Source of the DNA: Mobula hypostoma
Lineage: Eukaryota
Reading direction: 5' to 3'
Assembly: GCF_963921235.1 (NCBI RefSeq)
Contig: NC_086097.1
Coordinates: 168,332,001-168,396,000, forward strand
DNA: 64,000 bases
Positions 14,990 through 29,156 of this stretch are shown here, piece by piece. Position numbers and translations under genes: made by a program. The notes under the pieces were generated by a model. That model did not search any database. It was not told the origin of the DNA and was given only the letters and a program-made list of their open reading frames with translations. The stretch's first letter is position 1, and each line of letters begins with the position of its first letter.

Positions 14990-15735
14990 AGCACAGTTGC
15001 GACATGGTTAGTACGGGACAAATTAAGACTTTCTATTTTGATTAACAGTGTGAAAACTATTTTAGATCCAGAGAGTCTCCACAATGAACTAAGACGATTA
15101 TGCACAATATTCCCACAGAATGGCTACAAAGTGAAGGAAATCAATCAGGGCCTTAAAAGGGCTGATGGAAAAACCAGGAAACCTAACAACGAGGAGGAAC
15201 CCATCACTGCTGTCCGTCTTCCCTATATTTCCATGTTTCTGGAAGGATTGCCAGGATCCTGAAGAAATACCGGATTAGTACCATCCAGAAACCCGTAAGG
15301 AAGCTCCAATCACAGCTTACACGGGTCAAAGATGACCTGGGGCTCAGGGCGGCTGGCACTTACAGGATTCCGTGAACGTAGATTGACTTCGACGGCACAA
15401 AACTACAGTGCCGCACTAGTGACTTTTGGGACTGCCTGGTAAAGGGAGCCATTGAAATAGAACTAGAGGAAAAGAATTATAACAAAGATGAAGGCCTTGC
15501 TCTAAGAAATGGAATTTGATTGTAAACAAGGTGGGACAACAGAAACTTGATTGGATGAGGACTAGCCAATCAAGAGAGACAGACGGCGGGAGTTTAAATA
15601 CCACTGGACTAAACATCCCTGATGATGATGGCAGAGTTTGTCATCGAAGCATCGGTTAAAATCGATCCCTTTTCCCAGCTGGAACCCAAGAAGAGTTTAC
15701 TCATCAGAGACACAGGGAAAACATGAGGTCCTTTT
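14990..15735 (+). mobile_element. Penelope-like element 3' fragment (second family)
   Basis: FPQNGY, LPYI and GTYRIP motifs; terminal CTGATGA-stem-GAAG hammerhead-like motif at ~15619-15655. Confidence 0.7.
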
Positions 15736-16250
15736 TCCACTAGTCACAGTTTGCCAATCTGAGAAGGATCAGTTTATTTCCACTCTACTTCATCTCTAAC
15801 AACCAATTCTCAATCCATGTCTGTATGTTATCCTCAGTTCCACATGTCTTAAGTCTTGATGATCAACATTACTGAATGACCTTCCAAATATCCAAACACT
15901 CCACATCTAGGGGTTTCTTCTTTCTACTCTACAAGTCAAGTCAATCAAAAAAATTAGTCAAACATAATTCATTTCCATTAATCCATGTTGGTTCAGCTCA
16001 ATTCCATCATTCTTTTGAGGGTGTTCTGTTATTGCATCCTTCATTATGGATTGCAGCATTTTCCTCTACCACTGGAGTTGGATAATTGCTCAGTACACTC
16101 CAGTTTTCTCTTTCGCTCCTTTTTTTAAACAGTGGTACCCATCAACCAACAAGAAAAATATCAGGATCTACAGAACTCTGAAAAACCCATAACATAATAT
16201 CCACCACCTTGAAGGACACCTGATGAGTTTGAGAACACAATCAATACCTA

Positions 16251-16874
16251 GGCGGGAGGAGAAGAGAAGCAGCGCGCCATGTGTGCGCAGCCCTCCAATG
16301 AAAAATGATATCGTATCTGTTAAATAGGGGCCATGGACAATTCTGATTTTATGAAGATGGACATGAAAGCACAGAGGAATATCTGGAAAAATTTCTGAAA
16401 CGCTTGTTCGCTGCTGTCGTTACTGCACAGTCGGGAATCTTTCGGAGGGTAGGCCTCAAAATCCCTGGCTTTGCCTGCTGTTGGCGACCAAGAAGGAGGT
16501 CGAATCGTTCGGATAGTGATGGCGCTCAGTACTCAGTGTTGGACAGCTGATCAGAGCTCGAAGTTCTCGGATGACTCAGAGTTGGACCGTGGTCGGTATG
16601 GCAGGGAGAGTTTTTCTTCCTTCTCTCCGTCTGCGTGAGATGTGGGACATTTGAGTGACTTTGAACTTTTACTGTGCTCATGGACTTCTTCATCAAGTTA
16701 TGGTATTGTTGCACTGTTGTAACTATATGTTATAATTATATGGTTTTGTTAGTTTTTTCAGTCTTGGTCTGTCCTGTGTTTTGTGATATCACACTGGAGG
16801 AAATATTGTATCATTTCTTAATGCATGCATTACTAAATGACAATAAAAGAGGATTGCGTGTCTTCATAATCTAA
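16251..16874 (+). mobile_element. SINE-like non-autonomous retroposon
   Basis: TSD AATACCT; AATAAA and ATAATCTAA tail; homologous to 58920-61384 in the opposite orientation. Confidence 0.65.
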
Positions 16875-17450
16875 AATACCTGTAGAACACCTGAGAACAG
16901 AATTAAACACCATTAAAATTAATTAACCCAATTAACTCAACTTAGAACACTTGAGAGGCTAAACTTCCCACATAGTAAATAGTAAACATTAAAAAAGATT
17001 AAAGATAAAGATTCTATTCAACCAATTGAAATAGACACAAAGTGGCAGCTTTTCTGTAGTAAAGAATTGAGAAAGTCAGAATCTTCAACCTTGAAGCTAC
17101 TTAACTGCAGTTATTGCTCACAAAAGGTATCAATGTTGTAATCATTTCTAGTATCGTTTAAATGCTTGGCAATGTTTTAAAAGAGTTACATTGAGAAACT
17201 ACATTTCTTAAATATTTTTCAAATAAATAGAGAATCTGGAATGTGATCCTCAAAACTAGAATTGACTTGGAGATCAGAAACATCTAATGATTCCATTTTC
17301 AAATTATACAACTATTATAAAGTAGAATTTCAGAAGAAAGAAAATTAAACATTTTTAGACTGTATTTGGCAGATAAATGTCAAATTATGAATTTTACATA
17401 GTGCAACAAATTTTACAATAGTAAGGCATAGATGCTAATTCAACACTTAC

Positions 17451-17603
17451 TATTCCTTTTGAAAGGTAATTATTGACAAAGTCCTTCCATGTAACTTCTC
17501 TACCAACGTTTCTGAAGAAAACATAATAAGCAACAGTTGCCCAAAATGCTGCTCCTCCTATGAAGTAAAATCGAAATTCCTTATCGTCCCAGGGAATATC
17601 ACC
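17451..17603 (-). CDS. AFG3L2: AFG3L2 exon 5 ([51 protein letters not shown]; first TM helix)
   Basis: ttttctag acceptor and GTAAGT donor; 153 nt; [12 protein letters not shown] is the AFG3L2 form rather than AFG3L1. Confidence 0.97.
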
Positions 17604-18569
17604 CTAGAAAACAAAGAGCTATTAAATAGATGTAAATAGATCATGCATTCAAACACATCCAAATGCAGTGTTTCTGAGATAAATATCTGCTGTGCTGAAA
17701 TATTAACTATTGAACCAATGCACAAAACACACACTATAGATTTCTATTCTAAACACTACAGATATTCACAATTGAATTCAGTCTTAAAATAAAATTCTAC
17801 CTAATGCCTTGAACTTTTGAAATTCAACCCATTTCTTCACACCACTGGTGTGCTTCATGTGATAAGCAGTGCCATTGACACTATTGATAGAGGTATATTT
17901 ACATACATATTTATTGCAAAGGAAGCAACTATTCAGCCCATCTTTTCCATGCCAGCTTCCAGAAGAGCAGCCTCATCAGCCCTATTTCCCCTCCCCCCCC
18001 GGTAACCTTAGTTTATTCTTTACATGCCCGTCAACCTTCCTTGATTCTTTTTCCATTAATCTGTGGTAAAAGAGCAATTTATAGCAGGCAATTAACCTAG
18101 CAGCACGAGACAGGGAGGGAAAGTGGAGTTCACAAGGTCTCACCATGACATATATTTGATATGACTTGAGGAGAACTTGTGAAATCCACACATCCGAGGT
18201 CAGGTTTGAACCTGGACCCCTAGAACTAAGGCAGAAATGCTAACTGCTGGACTACTGTGCTGTTAATATAGATGAAATGGCCTCTTGTAACATGGATATA
18301 ATCTAAGCACCCATCTGTTTCATATTTAGCATAGGAAGCAAACGGAAAACATGCACAGGCATTTGAAAGTTCTTAAGGCAAATATTTATTGGGAAGAAAA
18401 TTTGTACTTTTATTTAAATGACACTTCCAACATGTTCAGTGGAATTTAATTTCATTGATTTACCATTTTTAGAGATCATTAGGCTGTTGGTACTGATCCC
18501 TGATACATACTTTGATGTATACTTGATTCAAGGCTTGGAGTTATTGTTGTTACCCATTTTAACATTAGT

Positions 18570-18864
18570 GGGCACGTGACCAAGTGTTTAAGGCATTGGA
18601 CTAACGATCTGAAGGTCGTGAGTTCGAGCCCCAGCCAAGGGAATGTGTTGTGTCCTTGAGCAAGGCACTTAATCACACATTGCTCTGCAACGACACTGGT
18701 GCCAAGCTGTATGGGTCCTAATGCCCTTCCCTTGGATAACACTGGTGTCATGGAGAGGGGAGACTTGCAGCATGGGCAACTGCTAGTCTTCCGTACAACC
18801 TTACCCAGGCCTGCACCCTGGAGAGTGAAGACTTTCCAGGCACACATCCATGGTCTCGCAAGAC
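18570..18864 (+). mobile_element. tRNA-derived SINE
   Basis: A box TGACCAAGTG and B box GTTCGAGCC; core GTGTCCTTGAGCAAGGCACTTAA; TSD TAACATTAGT. Confidence 0.85.
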
Positions 18865-19990
18865 TAACATTAGTATGAGATTTCACCATGGGGAACAATT
18901 TCATATGACTTTGAAGTAAGAAGCAGATTTGTACCATTTAATGGTTATATTTGTAAAGAACTGATTTGCCATCAAGGGTAGTATTACACCACGACACTTA
19001 CACAAGGGTTTAAAAAAATGGGTCTAATTTTATGCTTCTTTAAGAAGGAAGAGCACCACAGACATGGAAGACACAAGTTTCCTGTCAGCATCCGGAACAT
19101 AGTCAAGTGTATGACATTCCAAACTGAGAAAGCCAAAGGCCGTAGCAACAGCATCTGAATACTCCTCTCCCACATCATGCACTGCTCCAGTCAGCAGTTT
19201 CCATGGAAAAGGGATTTAGATTAATTAAGAGTCACTGGTTTAGTAAGTTTGGCACAATATTATGGGCCATAGGCTTTGCCCTCTACCTTACTGCTCTATA
19301 TTCTATGCTCCAACTTTAAAATCACTACAGGTGTTAATAAGCAATTAGTGAGTTTTCAAGATATTGCTTGATAATATCAATCTTTCTTTAATTTCCATAT
19401 TTGTAAAAGAAATGTTTCTGTGCAACTTATCTCACTTAAATAAAAACAAAACTATAGTATAAATAGTTAAAACTTTCAGTTATTCATCATGGGCAAGAAC
19501 CCTAGCTGATTTCCTGTATTCCTTCTCTGGAGAACTGAATTTAATTGCCATTTCTGAAAGAGGAGATTAAAGTACTTTATTAGAGCTTAAGTGCTCCCAT
19601 TTCCAATAATGAATATGTTCAGTGATACCAAATCCAAATTTTATTGCAGGTTAAGTGAACAGTGGGCTATAATAACTGCTGAGTTTTGCATAATAATTTT
19701 ATAATAGCTGAACAATTGCTTTTTGCCATTATGTATCCCAAGAATTCAGCTATTTCAATGCAGAATACTATTCCAGTCCCTTTGACTCTGTTGTTCTTCA
19801 AAGTTCCTAAAACAGATAACCAAAAAAGTGTGCAATACTCAAAGGTGGCCTCATTGCCTTCCTTCACAGATACTGCCCAATCAGCTGAATGTTTCCAAAA
19901 TAATATTTTACTTTTAATGAAGGAAGTGTTAGGAACTCCAGGAATTTAACCTTGCAGAGCAGGATTAAGGCAAAAGTTCGCAGCACTTAC

Positions 19991-20103
19991 CTTCTGTAAC
20001 CTGGCCCACCAAGTGGATTCATCTTTTCGGCCTCCTTTCCTTCCACCAGTTCCACCACCTGACCCGTTATTCCCAAGACGCTGAGAATTTGCAGATTTTG
20101 ACT
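19991..20103 (-). CDS. AFG3L2: AFG3L2 exon 4 (ESKSANSQRLGNNGSGGGTGGRKGGRKDESTWWARLQK)
   Basis: tttcag acceptor and GTAAGT donor; 113 nt; Gly-rich stretch plus WW.R.QK motif. Confidence 0.95.
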
Positions 20104-20953
20104 CTGAAATATTCAACAGATCATTATCAGTTGCCATTGTTAATTGGTTAAATCATCATGTAGTGCAGATATTTGAAACAGTCTGGTTTCCTTGGCTGCG
20201 CAAGTCCAGGGAAGACACTCTCAAGTCCCACCAAACTCACGAGATTGAGACTGCTTGATCCCCGCCCAAACCCCGGTTTGTATGGATGCTGTGTAATTTG
20301 CTACCCTGTTAAAAATTAGTGCCACGAAATAACACAGTAGTACACTGCATACGATTAAAGGAATTATATTTATGAATCTTAACTTAAGTAAAGGATTAGT
20401 AAAGAATTAACAAAAAGGGCCCATTCTAATTAAACAGTAAAATGTGCACAAGTTGGATTTCATCTTGAACTTCTCTGTCACACATGTGCTGGGCCCTCAG
20501 TCAGCGTGAATACCCACACCACCTTCCGAACATTGCTCGCAAACCATCTCAAACTAACGGGTCTCCCACTGGATCATATGCTAAGACCAGTTCTCCCCAG
20601 CGCCTTCTCTCTTCAACTTCTGCTGAACAAAAAAGCCTAAGCTCAACCTTAGTGTCCCTCACCAGAGGAACCTCCCCTTAATTCGACCGTCCTAATTGGA
20701 TGGCACACCTTTCTCCTCATCTCTCATCTTCAACAGTAACCCAAACAAGCTGCTCTTATAGAACTGCCAACATGAAATACATACAACATAACATCAAAAA
20801 TATGAACTAGGGCATTACATATTCAACATAGATTACTGGAAAACTAATCCTAAAGTTGCTGTTTTCCCTGTTAATGAATGATCATTAGAAATTCTAAATT
20901 AATGCAAGTCATTTATAAATTTAGATATGATGGCAATAAGCCAAATCCCATAC

Positions 20954-21022
20954 CTTTTGCTTCAGAGGATCCTTTGGATTCATTTGCTTTTTTGGATTTG
21001 CTTGGAAAATATTTTTCAAACC
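20954..21022 (-). CDS. AFG3L2: AFG3L2 exon 3 (GFEKYFPSKSKKANESKGSSEAK)
   Basis: ttttcctgcag acceptor and GTATGG donor; 69 nt, phase 1-1; conserved GFEKYFP. Confidence 0.95.
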
Positions 21023-24000
21023 CTGCAGGAAAATAATGTCAGTTTAAAATCCATACAAAGTGTAAACTTAACTAAATCTTTGTAAATGTATAGGATGTAC
21101 TTTGAACCTCAAGACTCACCATTACATAGAAATAAATATAGCTCATTTATAGAACTGGTAACTGGAAATTAGAATGTTAATAATTTGCTTTTGTATTTAA
21201 TCCATTTTGCCACATACATTCAACCCTCTTATTTCCCCCAAAGCTGGTGATCTACCCAAATGAACCTCTCCAAGCTTCAGCTAGGTACCTTTTTATGGGA
21301 AGGTAACCAAACAAGTGTGTGTGTCGGGTACAATGATTCAGCATGCCCATGGTTATGAGTCCCATAATCTATACCAATATCATAAAACCAAGTTGATTTT
21401 TCTTTCAAATGTATCAGAGTCAGAGAGATACAGCATGAAATCATGTGCTTTAATGCACCAAGTGCATGCCAACTATTAAACATCCTAATCATGCACTAAA
21501 CAATTTTATTTTCCCCACTTTCCTATCGGCTGTCCCTTCCCCAGGTTCTACTACCCACATCTTTTTGGAAGTTAGGAGAAACTGGAGTGCCTAGGGAAAC
21601 ATGAGAAGTCACAGCAAGAATTGCAAACCTCACACAAATTGCACTGGAGTTAAGATCGAACACAAGTTCAACCCTATCATCCCCTCGAAAGTGATCACTA
21701 AGCTCTAAGGCCTAGGCTTTGATGCGCAACTGGATCCTCGATTTCCTCACCTGCAGACTCCATCAGTGCAGGTTGATAACAACATCTCCCCCACAATCAC
21801 CATCAGCAAGGGTGCACCACAAGACTCTGTATATAGCCCAGTGCTCTGCTCACTTAATGCCTTTGATTGTGTGGTTAAGTATAGCTCCAATGCCATATTT
21901 AAGTTTGACATTGACACCACTGTTGCTGGCTGAATCAAAGGTCATGAGAAATCGGCATATAGGAGGGAGATTGAAAATCTGACTGAATGGTGTCAGAACA
22001 ACAACTTCTCACTCAACATCAGCATAACTCAAAACTGATGATCAACTACTGGAGGTCTATGAACCAGTCCTCATCAGGGGGTCAGAGGTGGAGAGCAACT
22101 TTAAATTCCTTGGCGATATCATTTCAGAGGACCTATCTGGGATCTGTAAGCAGGTGCCATCCCAAAGAAGGCACAACAATACTTCTAATTTCTTTGTATA
22201 CATTTGGCATGTCATCTAAAACTCTGACAAACTTCTATAGATGCACAGTGGAGAGCATCTTCATGGCCTGGAATGGAAACACCAATGCTCAGAAATGAAA
22301 AAGTCTACAGAAAGCCCTTCCCAACATTGAGCACTTTTATAAGGAGCGCTTCCACAAGAAAGCACCACCCCTCATCAAGGACCCCCACCACCCAAGCCAT
22401 GCTCTCTTCTCACTACCACTATCAGGCAGGAAATACAAGAGCCTCAGGTCTCAGACTATCAGGGTCAGGAGCAGTTTTACCCTTTAACCATCAGGCAGCT
22501 GAACCAATGAGGATACCTTCACTCACCTCAAATCTGCACTGATTCCACAACCTACAATCTCACTTTCAAAAACATCATAACTCATGCTTGCAGTAAAGTG
22601 GATTCTGGTTAATTGAGCCATCAGATAATCAGGACAACCACTTATTTGGGACTCTATGCTGTTTAATTGGGATAAGACACTGTTGCAGAAGTTTCTAACC
22701 AGCATACAGTCATATGCACTTGTGTAGCTATTAAAACACTACCCATGCTTAGAATGAGCAGTTTTTAAACAGCGTCAGTTGCGTGTGTTTGTGTTCCACA
22801 AGCAGTGATTTTTGTCACTGATAGGTGGCAAGAAATAAGCAGTGATACAATTCAGAACTGTTTTGCTCACTGTGGCTTGGCGATGCCAGAAAGGCCAGGA
22901 ATGAAAATGAAATAATTTCATTACTTCAACAAGTTAGGAACTATGAAGGATTAAGGTATCGACAATCATTTTGAATGTTACAATGAAAATGAAGATTTGG
23001 AGGATGCAATCATTGAAAGCATTGTATGAAGGCAGTCCTCTTTTCCATAGATGCTGCCTGGCCTGCTGGTTTCCTCCAGCATTTTGTGTGTGTTGCTTAG
23101 ATTTCCAGCATCTGCAGATTTTCTCTTGTTTGAGAATCTATTAGTTTTTTTTTGCACAATTCGTCTTCTTTTGTACATTGGTTGTTTGTCAGTCTTTATG
23201 TATAATTTTTCATAAATTCTATTGTACTCTTTTTCCTGTAAATGCCTGCAAGAAAATTAATTTCAAGGTAGAATATAGTACTTTGATAACAAATTTACTT
23301 TGACTTTGAAGTCACTGGAGCAGTGAACCTGTGGCTGCACCACTGTGATCTTACAGTCAATAGAATGTTAGCAACAGAAAACTATGATACATCAAGCATT
23401 TTTTTAAATGAGTGGAAATTATACTAGGCGTGGCCCTCCTGAACAGTTAAACTCCCTATGCACACGATCCATGCCAAAGGCAAGACCAGCAAATCCATAG
23501 ACATCACAACAGATGTCAGGATTGTTTCTCATTCCAGGATATTTTGAATTTAAGTAACAATAAATATAGCTCATTATTTACTAAAATGTTAACTGAAAAA
23601 TAAGGATATTTTATTATATTTTGAATTAATCCATTCTACTGCATAAATGACCCTCTTTCAATTTCAGAGAGGTGAAGACCTGCCCTTGTGAACCTTTCTA
23701 GTTTGAAGTAAAAGGCCCTCTTAAAGCACTGCTAGATAAAGAATTCCAGGATTTTGACCTAGGGGATTTAGGAGTTATAACTCTAATAATTGGCTTAATT
23801 TTAAACACGAGGGATCCTGCAGATGTTGGAAGTCTTGAGCAATATCAGGCAGCACCTATGAAGGGGCATAAACAGTTGACATTTCAGGTCAAAAACTTCC
23901 ATCAGAACTGGAAAGGAAAGGGGTAGAAAGTAGAATAAGGAGGTGGGGGTTGTGGCTGGAATACATTTAATGGCTGACAGTATTAGTTTAGCCCTGTTGC

Positions 24001-25023
24001 TGAAGATAGGCATCTTGATCATGTTTGATTGGGTAATAAGTGTATTATATCATTCATGTTTGGTCAGTGACGATTCAGTAATTTTTTTGTGTATTTACAA
24101 CTGGTTCACAGGCAATCCTTGAACTTCAGCCTAACTATAAATGCTATCTAGCTGATTTTAAACTTACAATGACATAACTACACACAATGAAACAGAACAA
24201 TGCAGAGTGAAACCCATAGGGAAGGTGTAGCAAAAGGATGTAAATACAGGTCAGTCTTAAATTACATGATATGAGCAAAAAACAGAAACAATAAACTAAT
24301 AAGTCAGCTTGAAGTAGAAAAGCATTGGCTGGATGTTGAGTAAGATTTCAATTAATCATCCTTGACATATTGAAGAATTTTTTTAAAATCCTGATAACAT
24401 TACATTTTCCAGCAGGATCACGTCAGTTAATGCAACACAATTAAGCTTGCTCAAAGAGACCATTGTTGGAGAAGATGAAGCAGGTAGGAGATCAAATGAA
24501 TATTTTACTGCATCCCTTTAAGCTTATCATAGAGGTGGCCAGGAATACATTCACCCACAAGCAGTAAACAGGAGGTCAAAGGATCAACATTAACTTACAG
24601 CTGGTTGTGAATGACTTCAGATTTAAAACACAGTAGTAATGTACACAACATCCATAACAGTGGTGAAAATGTGAACAGTAATAGGTTAACAACAGGAATT
24701 CTGCAGATGCTGGAAATTCAAGCAACACACATCAAAGTTGCTGGTGAACGCAGACGAAGGGTCTCGGCCTGAAACGTCAACTGTACCTCTTCCTAGAGAT
24801 GCTGCCTGGCCTGCTGCGTTCACCAGCAACTTTGATATGTGTAACAGTAATAGGTTGATAGGCAAGAAAGACAGCTATCCTCAATTCATATTCAATGAAA
24901 ATGAGACAGGCTTCTTTACAAAAGGAATGCTGTCACACACATTTCCACATATGCCTGGATATAAAACTACCAGAGACCACTTGTCACTCCTGCTGAGTTA
25001 GGGGGCAATGCCTCAAGATCTTA

Positions 25024-26612
25024 GAGGTGGCAGAAAGTTTGTGAACCCTGTAGAATTTTCTCTATTTCTGCATATCACCTAAAATGTGATCAGATCTTCA
25101 CTCAAGTCCTAGACCTAGATAAAGAGAACCCAATTAAATAAATAATACAAAAAACATTACACTTGTTCATTTATTTATTGAGAAAATGATCTAATATTAC
25201 ATGCATTTGTTGGATAAAGTATGTGAACTTTTGCTTTCAGTAAAAGTGGTGTGAACCCTGCCCCCCCCCCCACCCCTGTACAGCAATAACTTCAACCAAG
25301 AGTTTCCAGTAACTGTTGATCAGTCGTGCACATCATCTTAAAGGAACGTTCGGCCATCCCTCCTTAGAAACTGCTTCAGCTCTGGGATGTTGGTGGGCTT
25401 CCTTGAATGAACTGCTCACTTCAGGTCCTTCCACAATGTTTCTATAGGATTAAGGTCAGAACTCAGCCATTTCAAAACACGTATTTTCTTCTTTTTAAAC
25501 CATTCTGTATTTGATTTACTCTTGTCTTTTGGATCATTGTCTTGTTGCATTATCCAACTTCTAATAAGCTACAGGTGACGGATTACTACCCTGACATTCT
25601 CCTGTAAAATGTCTTGACATAATTTTGAATTCATTGTTCTCTCAACGACTGCAAGCTGTCCAGGCCTCGAGGCAGCAAAGCAGCCTCAAACCATGATGCT
25701 CCTTCTACCATGCTTCAGTTGGGATGGGATTTTGGTGTTGGTGTACAGAACCCTTTTTCCTCCAAACTTAGCAATGTGTATTTCTGCCAAAAAGTTCAAC
25801 TTTTGTCTCATCTGCCCACAGAATATTTGTCCCAGAAGCATTGTAGAGCATTTAGGCAGTCTTTTGCAAACTTGAGACTTGCAGCAATGTTTTATTTTTG
25901 GAGAGCAGTGGTTTCCTTCATGGTGTCCTTCCATGAACACCATTCTTGTTCAGTGTTTTTCTTATAGTGAACACATGAGCAGAGACCTGAGCAAGTTCTA
26001 CTGATTTCTGCAGGTCTTTTGCTGTTATCCTTGGGATGTTTTTCACCTCCTTCAGCATTGCACATTGTGCTCTTGGTGTGATCTTTGCAGGATGCCCACT
26101 CCTAGGGAGAGTAGTAACAGAAATGAGTTTCCTCCATTCGTAGACAATTTCTTCCACTGTGGACTGATGAACACTCATGTCTTTAGAAATGCTTTTGTAG
26201 CCTTTTCCAGCTTCATGCATCTCTACAATTCTTCTTCAAAGGTCCTCTGAAAATTGTTTTGATTGAAGCATGGTCCACATAATGAATGTGTGTCTTTTTT
26301 TAATAGAGCAGAGCACCTCCACAACCCACACCTCCAATCTCATCTCAATGATTGGAACACCTGACTCCAAATAGCTTTTGTAGAAGACATTACTCCAGAG
26401 GTTCACACACTTTTCCCAGCAAATACATGTAATATTAGATCATTTTTCTCAATTAATAAATGAACTGGTATAATCTTTTCTGTGTTATTTATTTAGTTGG
26501 GTTTTCTTTATCTAGTTTTAGGACTTGCATGAAGATCTGATCACATTTTAGGCCATATTTATCCAGAATAAGAGAAAATTCTACAGGGTTCACAAACTTT
26601 CTAGCACCACTG
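25024..26612 (-). mobile_element. Tc1 transposon inserted in an older Tigger/pogo remnant (~24100-27700)
   Basis: Long TIRs (GTGG.AGAAAGTTTGTGAACCCTGTAG); HEAGKGYKSISK HTH; flanking Tigger DDE text FNENETGFF..PGYKTTRDHLSLLL. Confidence 0.85.
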
Positions 26613-28159
26613 TATACCAAAATCCATGCTTGTCTACCAGAAAATTCAACAGCAATAAATGGGTTTTCTGAAGAGCACCTGTTTTTAATTCGGAAGGCAA
26701 GCCAAGACACATGTAACAATGTCTTCTCCTAGCAGTGGTTTATTTCATATTTTTGCCCAATGAAGAATTACTGCATAGAAAGTAATCTTGAATATCAGGT
26801 AAAGTGTTTATAATATCCCAGGCCATCTAAAGGACAATAATAGACTCTCAGATTGTTGACCTTGGAAAGAACGAATCTTCCAAACACAAAAGTCCCTTAC
26901 AAAGCTAATGGACTAAAAATTAAAGTACAATTTCAAGGCTTTTTATCAATGCAACTTCAAGCATTTGACTGAAAAAACAATTAAGCAGCCAAGATAAGTA
27001 GTCAATGAGGAAATCTTGAAGAACAAAATCACGCCCTGTGAAGTGTACTATAACATCTTTTGATGTTATCAATTGCCATCATTGATTATATAATCATATC
27101 ATTCTGTGAATGTACCATTCTGTGATCATGAAAACCATTTTTAACACCGCTGCATCCTAGACGGTGGTCACCAGCATTTCCAGGAACAGTATGGCACAAG
27201 TTATGGCTGGAGGCATATGGCAACGTTGTGGCATTTGGGAGCGGAGCAGTGAGCAGCAATGACATCACTCAACCAGCTTCCCAAAAAGGACTGGATAAAG
27301 TTGTTACTCAGGGTGACAGAGTTACTGCAGTCTCATGGGGCACCCTAATGAATGAGGAACTGCAAGATTTGCAACAATGCCAATTCCAGTGAATACCAAT
27401 AATACTGAAACAGTAGATTCCAGTTGAAATACTTAATAGTTGATGTGATCATAGATGTAAGTATTCTGAAAGACAGAGGGAATTGAACCATTTTCTGAGA
27501 AGGACTCAAACTGCAGGCACAGTTCCTCAGTTAAAAGAATTGTGCTTGACAGCATTTCCCATTAGAGAAATGCTCCATGAAGGGAATAGGCATGACAGTT
27601 AACCCTGGATCTCATCACAACTTGGCCATCTTCCCAGATACAGCTTGACTCATCACCCACACTTTCACCTGTATCCTCTTCCACTAATGTTCTTATTGCT
27701 GCTCTGGGGCATTTGCAAATTCATTCTTGTCAGTTTACACTATATTTTGTATTACTTCTCATTACATTGACCTTAACAAGACTTGGTACAATGCACAGCC
27801 TTAAAGGTCCTTGATATGAAATGTTGACTAAGCTTAATATTTCCACAGATGCTGCTTGACCTGCTGAATTCTTCTAGCATCTTTTTGCTCCAGTTTCCAG
27901 ATCTGAAGCCCCTTGTGTCTCCAAATTTTAAAAAAGTAGGTGTCTTACATTACTGTCAAAACAGATTCTAAACAATTTGGTCCCATACTAAAATAAAGGT
28001 TTAGAATGCAAGGAAGTGTACTTAAGTGGCTCATTTAAAATAATGTAAGTTCTTTTTCTTGCTTTACAGAGCGACTAGATTAAAAAGCATTTTGGACATT
28101 TAAAGAAACAGACTAGTTATTAAATGATAATATATAATTAGAATCTCAAGATGCCGTAC

Positions 28160-28253
28160 CTTTAGGAGGCCGTGAGCAGAGGCGTCTGTAGACACCAAGC
28201 ACGTTTGTCAGCAGACTGTTCCCATCCACACAGTTAAATGTACAACCAGAAGA
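28160..28253 (-). CDS. AFG3L2: AFG3L2 exon 2 (SSGCTFNCVDGNSLLTNVLGVYRRLCSRPPK/G)
   Basis: ttttgcag acceptor and GTACGG donor; 94 nt; matches NSLLTD..AYQRFCSRPPKG of AFG3L2. Confidence 0.93.
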
Positions 28254-28694
28254 CTGCAAAACAAATGGCACTAATCCTTCAACCAGCCATTGCAACAAGA
28301 ATGTCACAAAAACAGCGTTAAAAGAGCTAGATAACACTTGCTTGCTTTTTCACATTAAACCAATTTAGTGCTATGGTGGTATTAAGACATTGAGGTTACA
28401 ATTTTAAAAGGCAAAATAATTTCAACCTCTGTCTTTAATGTAGATCATTAGAGAAACGGAAAGGTGTTTGATGTTTGGCATGATCACAGTGGGTCAAAGA
28501 AGCTACTTCTGTGGTGCTGCTTCACTTCATACCCTCTGCTCAAATTTTGAGATCTTTATAGAATTCAAGAAATACTTTTGATTCTGTAACTTCTGATAAT
28601 ATAACTTTTTCCTACCACAATATAATTCTTGTTTGTCGTTTCATGTGTTCTTTCCATCTCAAATCAGACAAGATCAACCAATATCATTTGGTAT

Positions 28695-29100
28695 TGTTGG
28701 ATCCAACTGTTGAATTTTAATCATCATTTTCTTTGCTATTTAACAATCAATTATCTGCTTGTATTTTAAGTAGCCGTTATATACATAACAATTTAATATG
28801 CCTCTTGTGTCTATGCAAAGTACAATTCTGGAAGTGTTGTTCCTTCATTAAATGGCTAATATTGTCTCATTAGTTAATTTTACCAGAGTATTTAATAAGT
28901 ATTTTATAATTGGTTTATTCTTATCTATGAATTTTCTTATCTTTTGGGTATAAAAATAGCTGTTTTGTGCTAGGCACCATCTTTAGATCCTCTCTTCAAT
29001 AGTAAGCCCTCGGCCACTGCTCTGTTCCTGTTCTCTTTGTTCTATCAACTCAACAACATCCTCTATTGTCAGAGGGAAAAGTTCTGGAAAAAAGAATTTT
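28695..29100 (+). repeat. ERV 5' LTR (3' boundary approximate)
   Basis: Direct repeat of 44471 onward; 7 mismatches in the first 81 nt by manual alignment; more diverged distally. Confidence 0.8.
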
Positions 29101-29156
29101 GGCACGATGAAAATAGTGGTTTTACGATCTATTTGCTTGTTGGATCAACCTATGTA

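Noticed and set aside
430..17603. Assignment to AFG3L1 or SPG7
   Set aside because: [22 protein letters not shown] and the MAHR start fit AFG3L2 better
18570..18645. tRNA-like sequence
   Set aside because: Head of a SINE with body and TSD; no intact cloverleaf
28685..28694. Target-site duplication for the ERV
   Set aside because: Left flank GTAT and right flank ACAT do not match convincingly; not claimed
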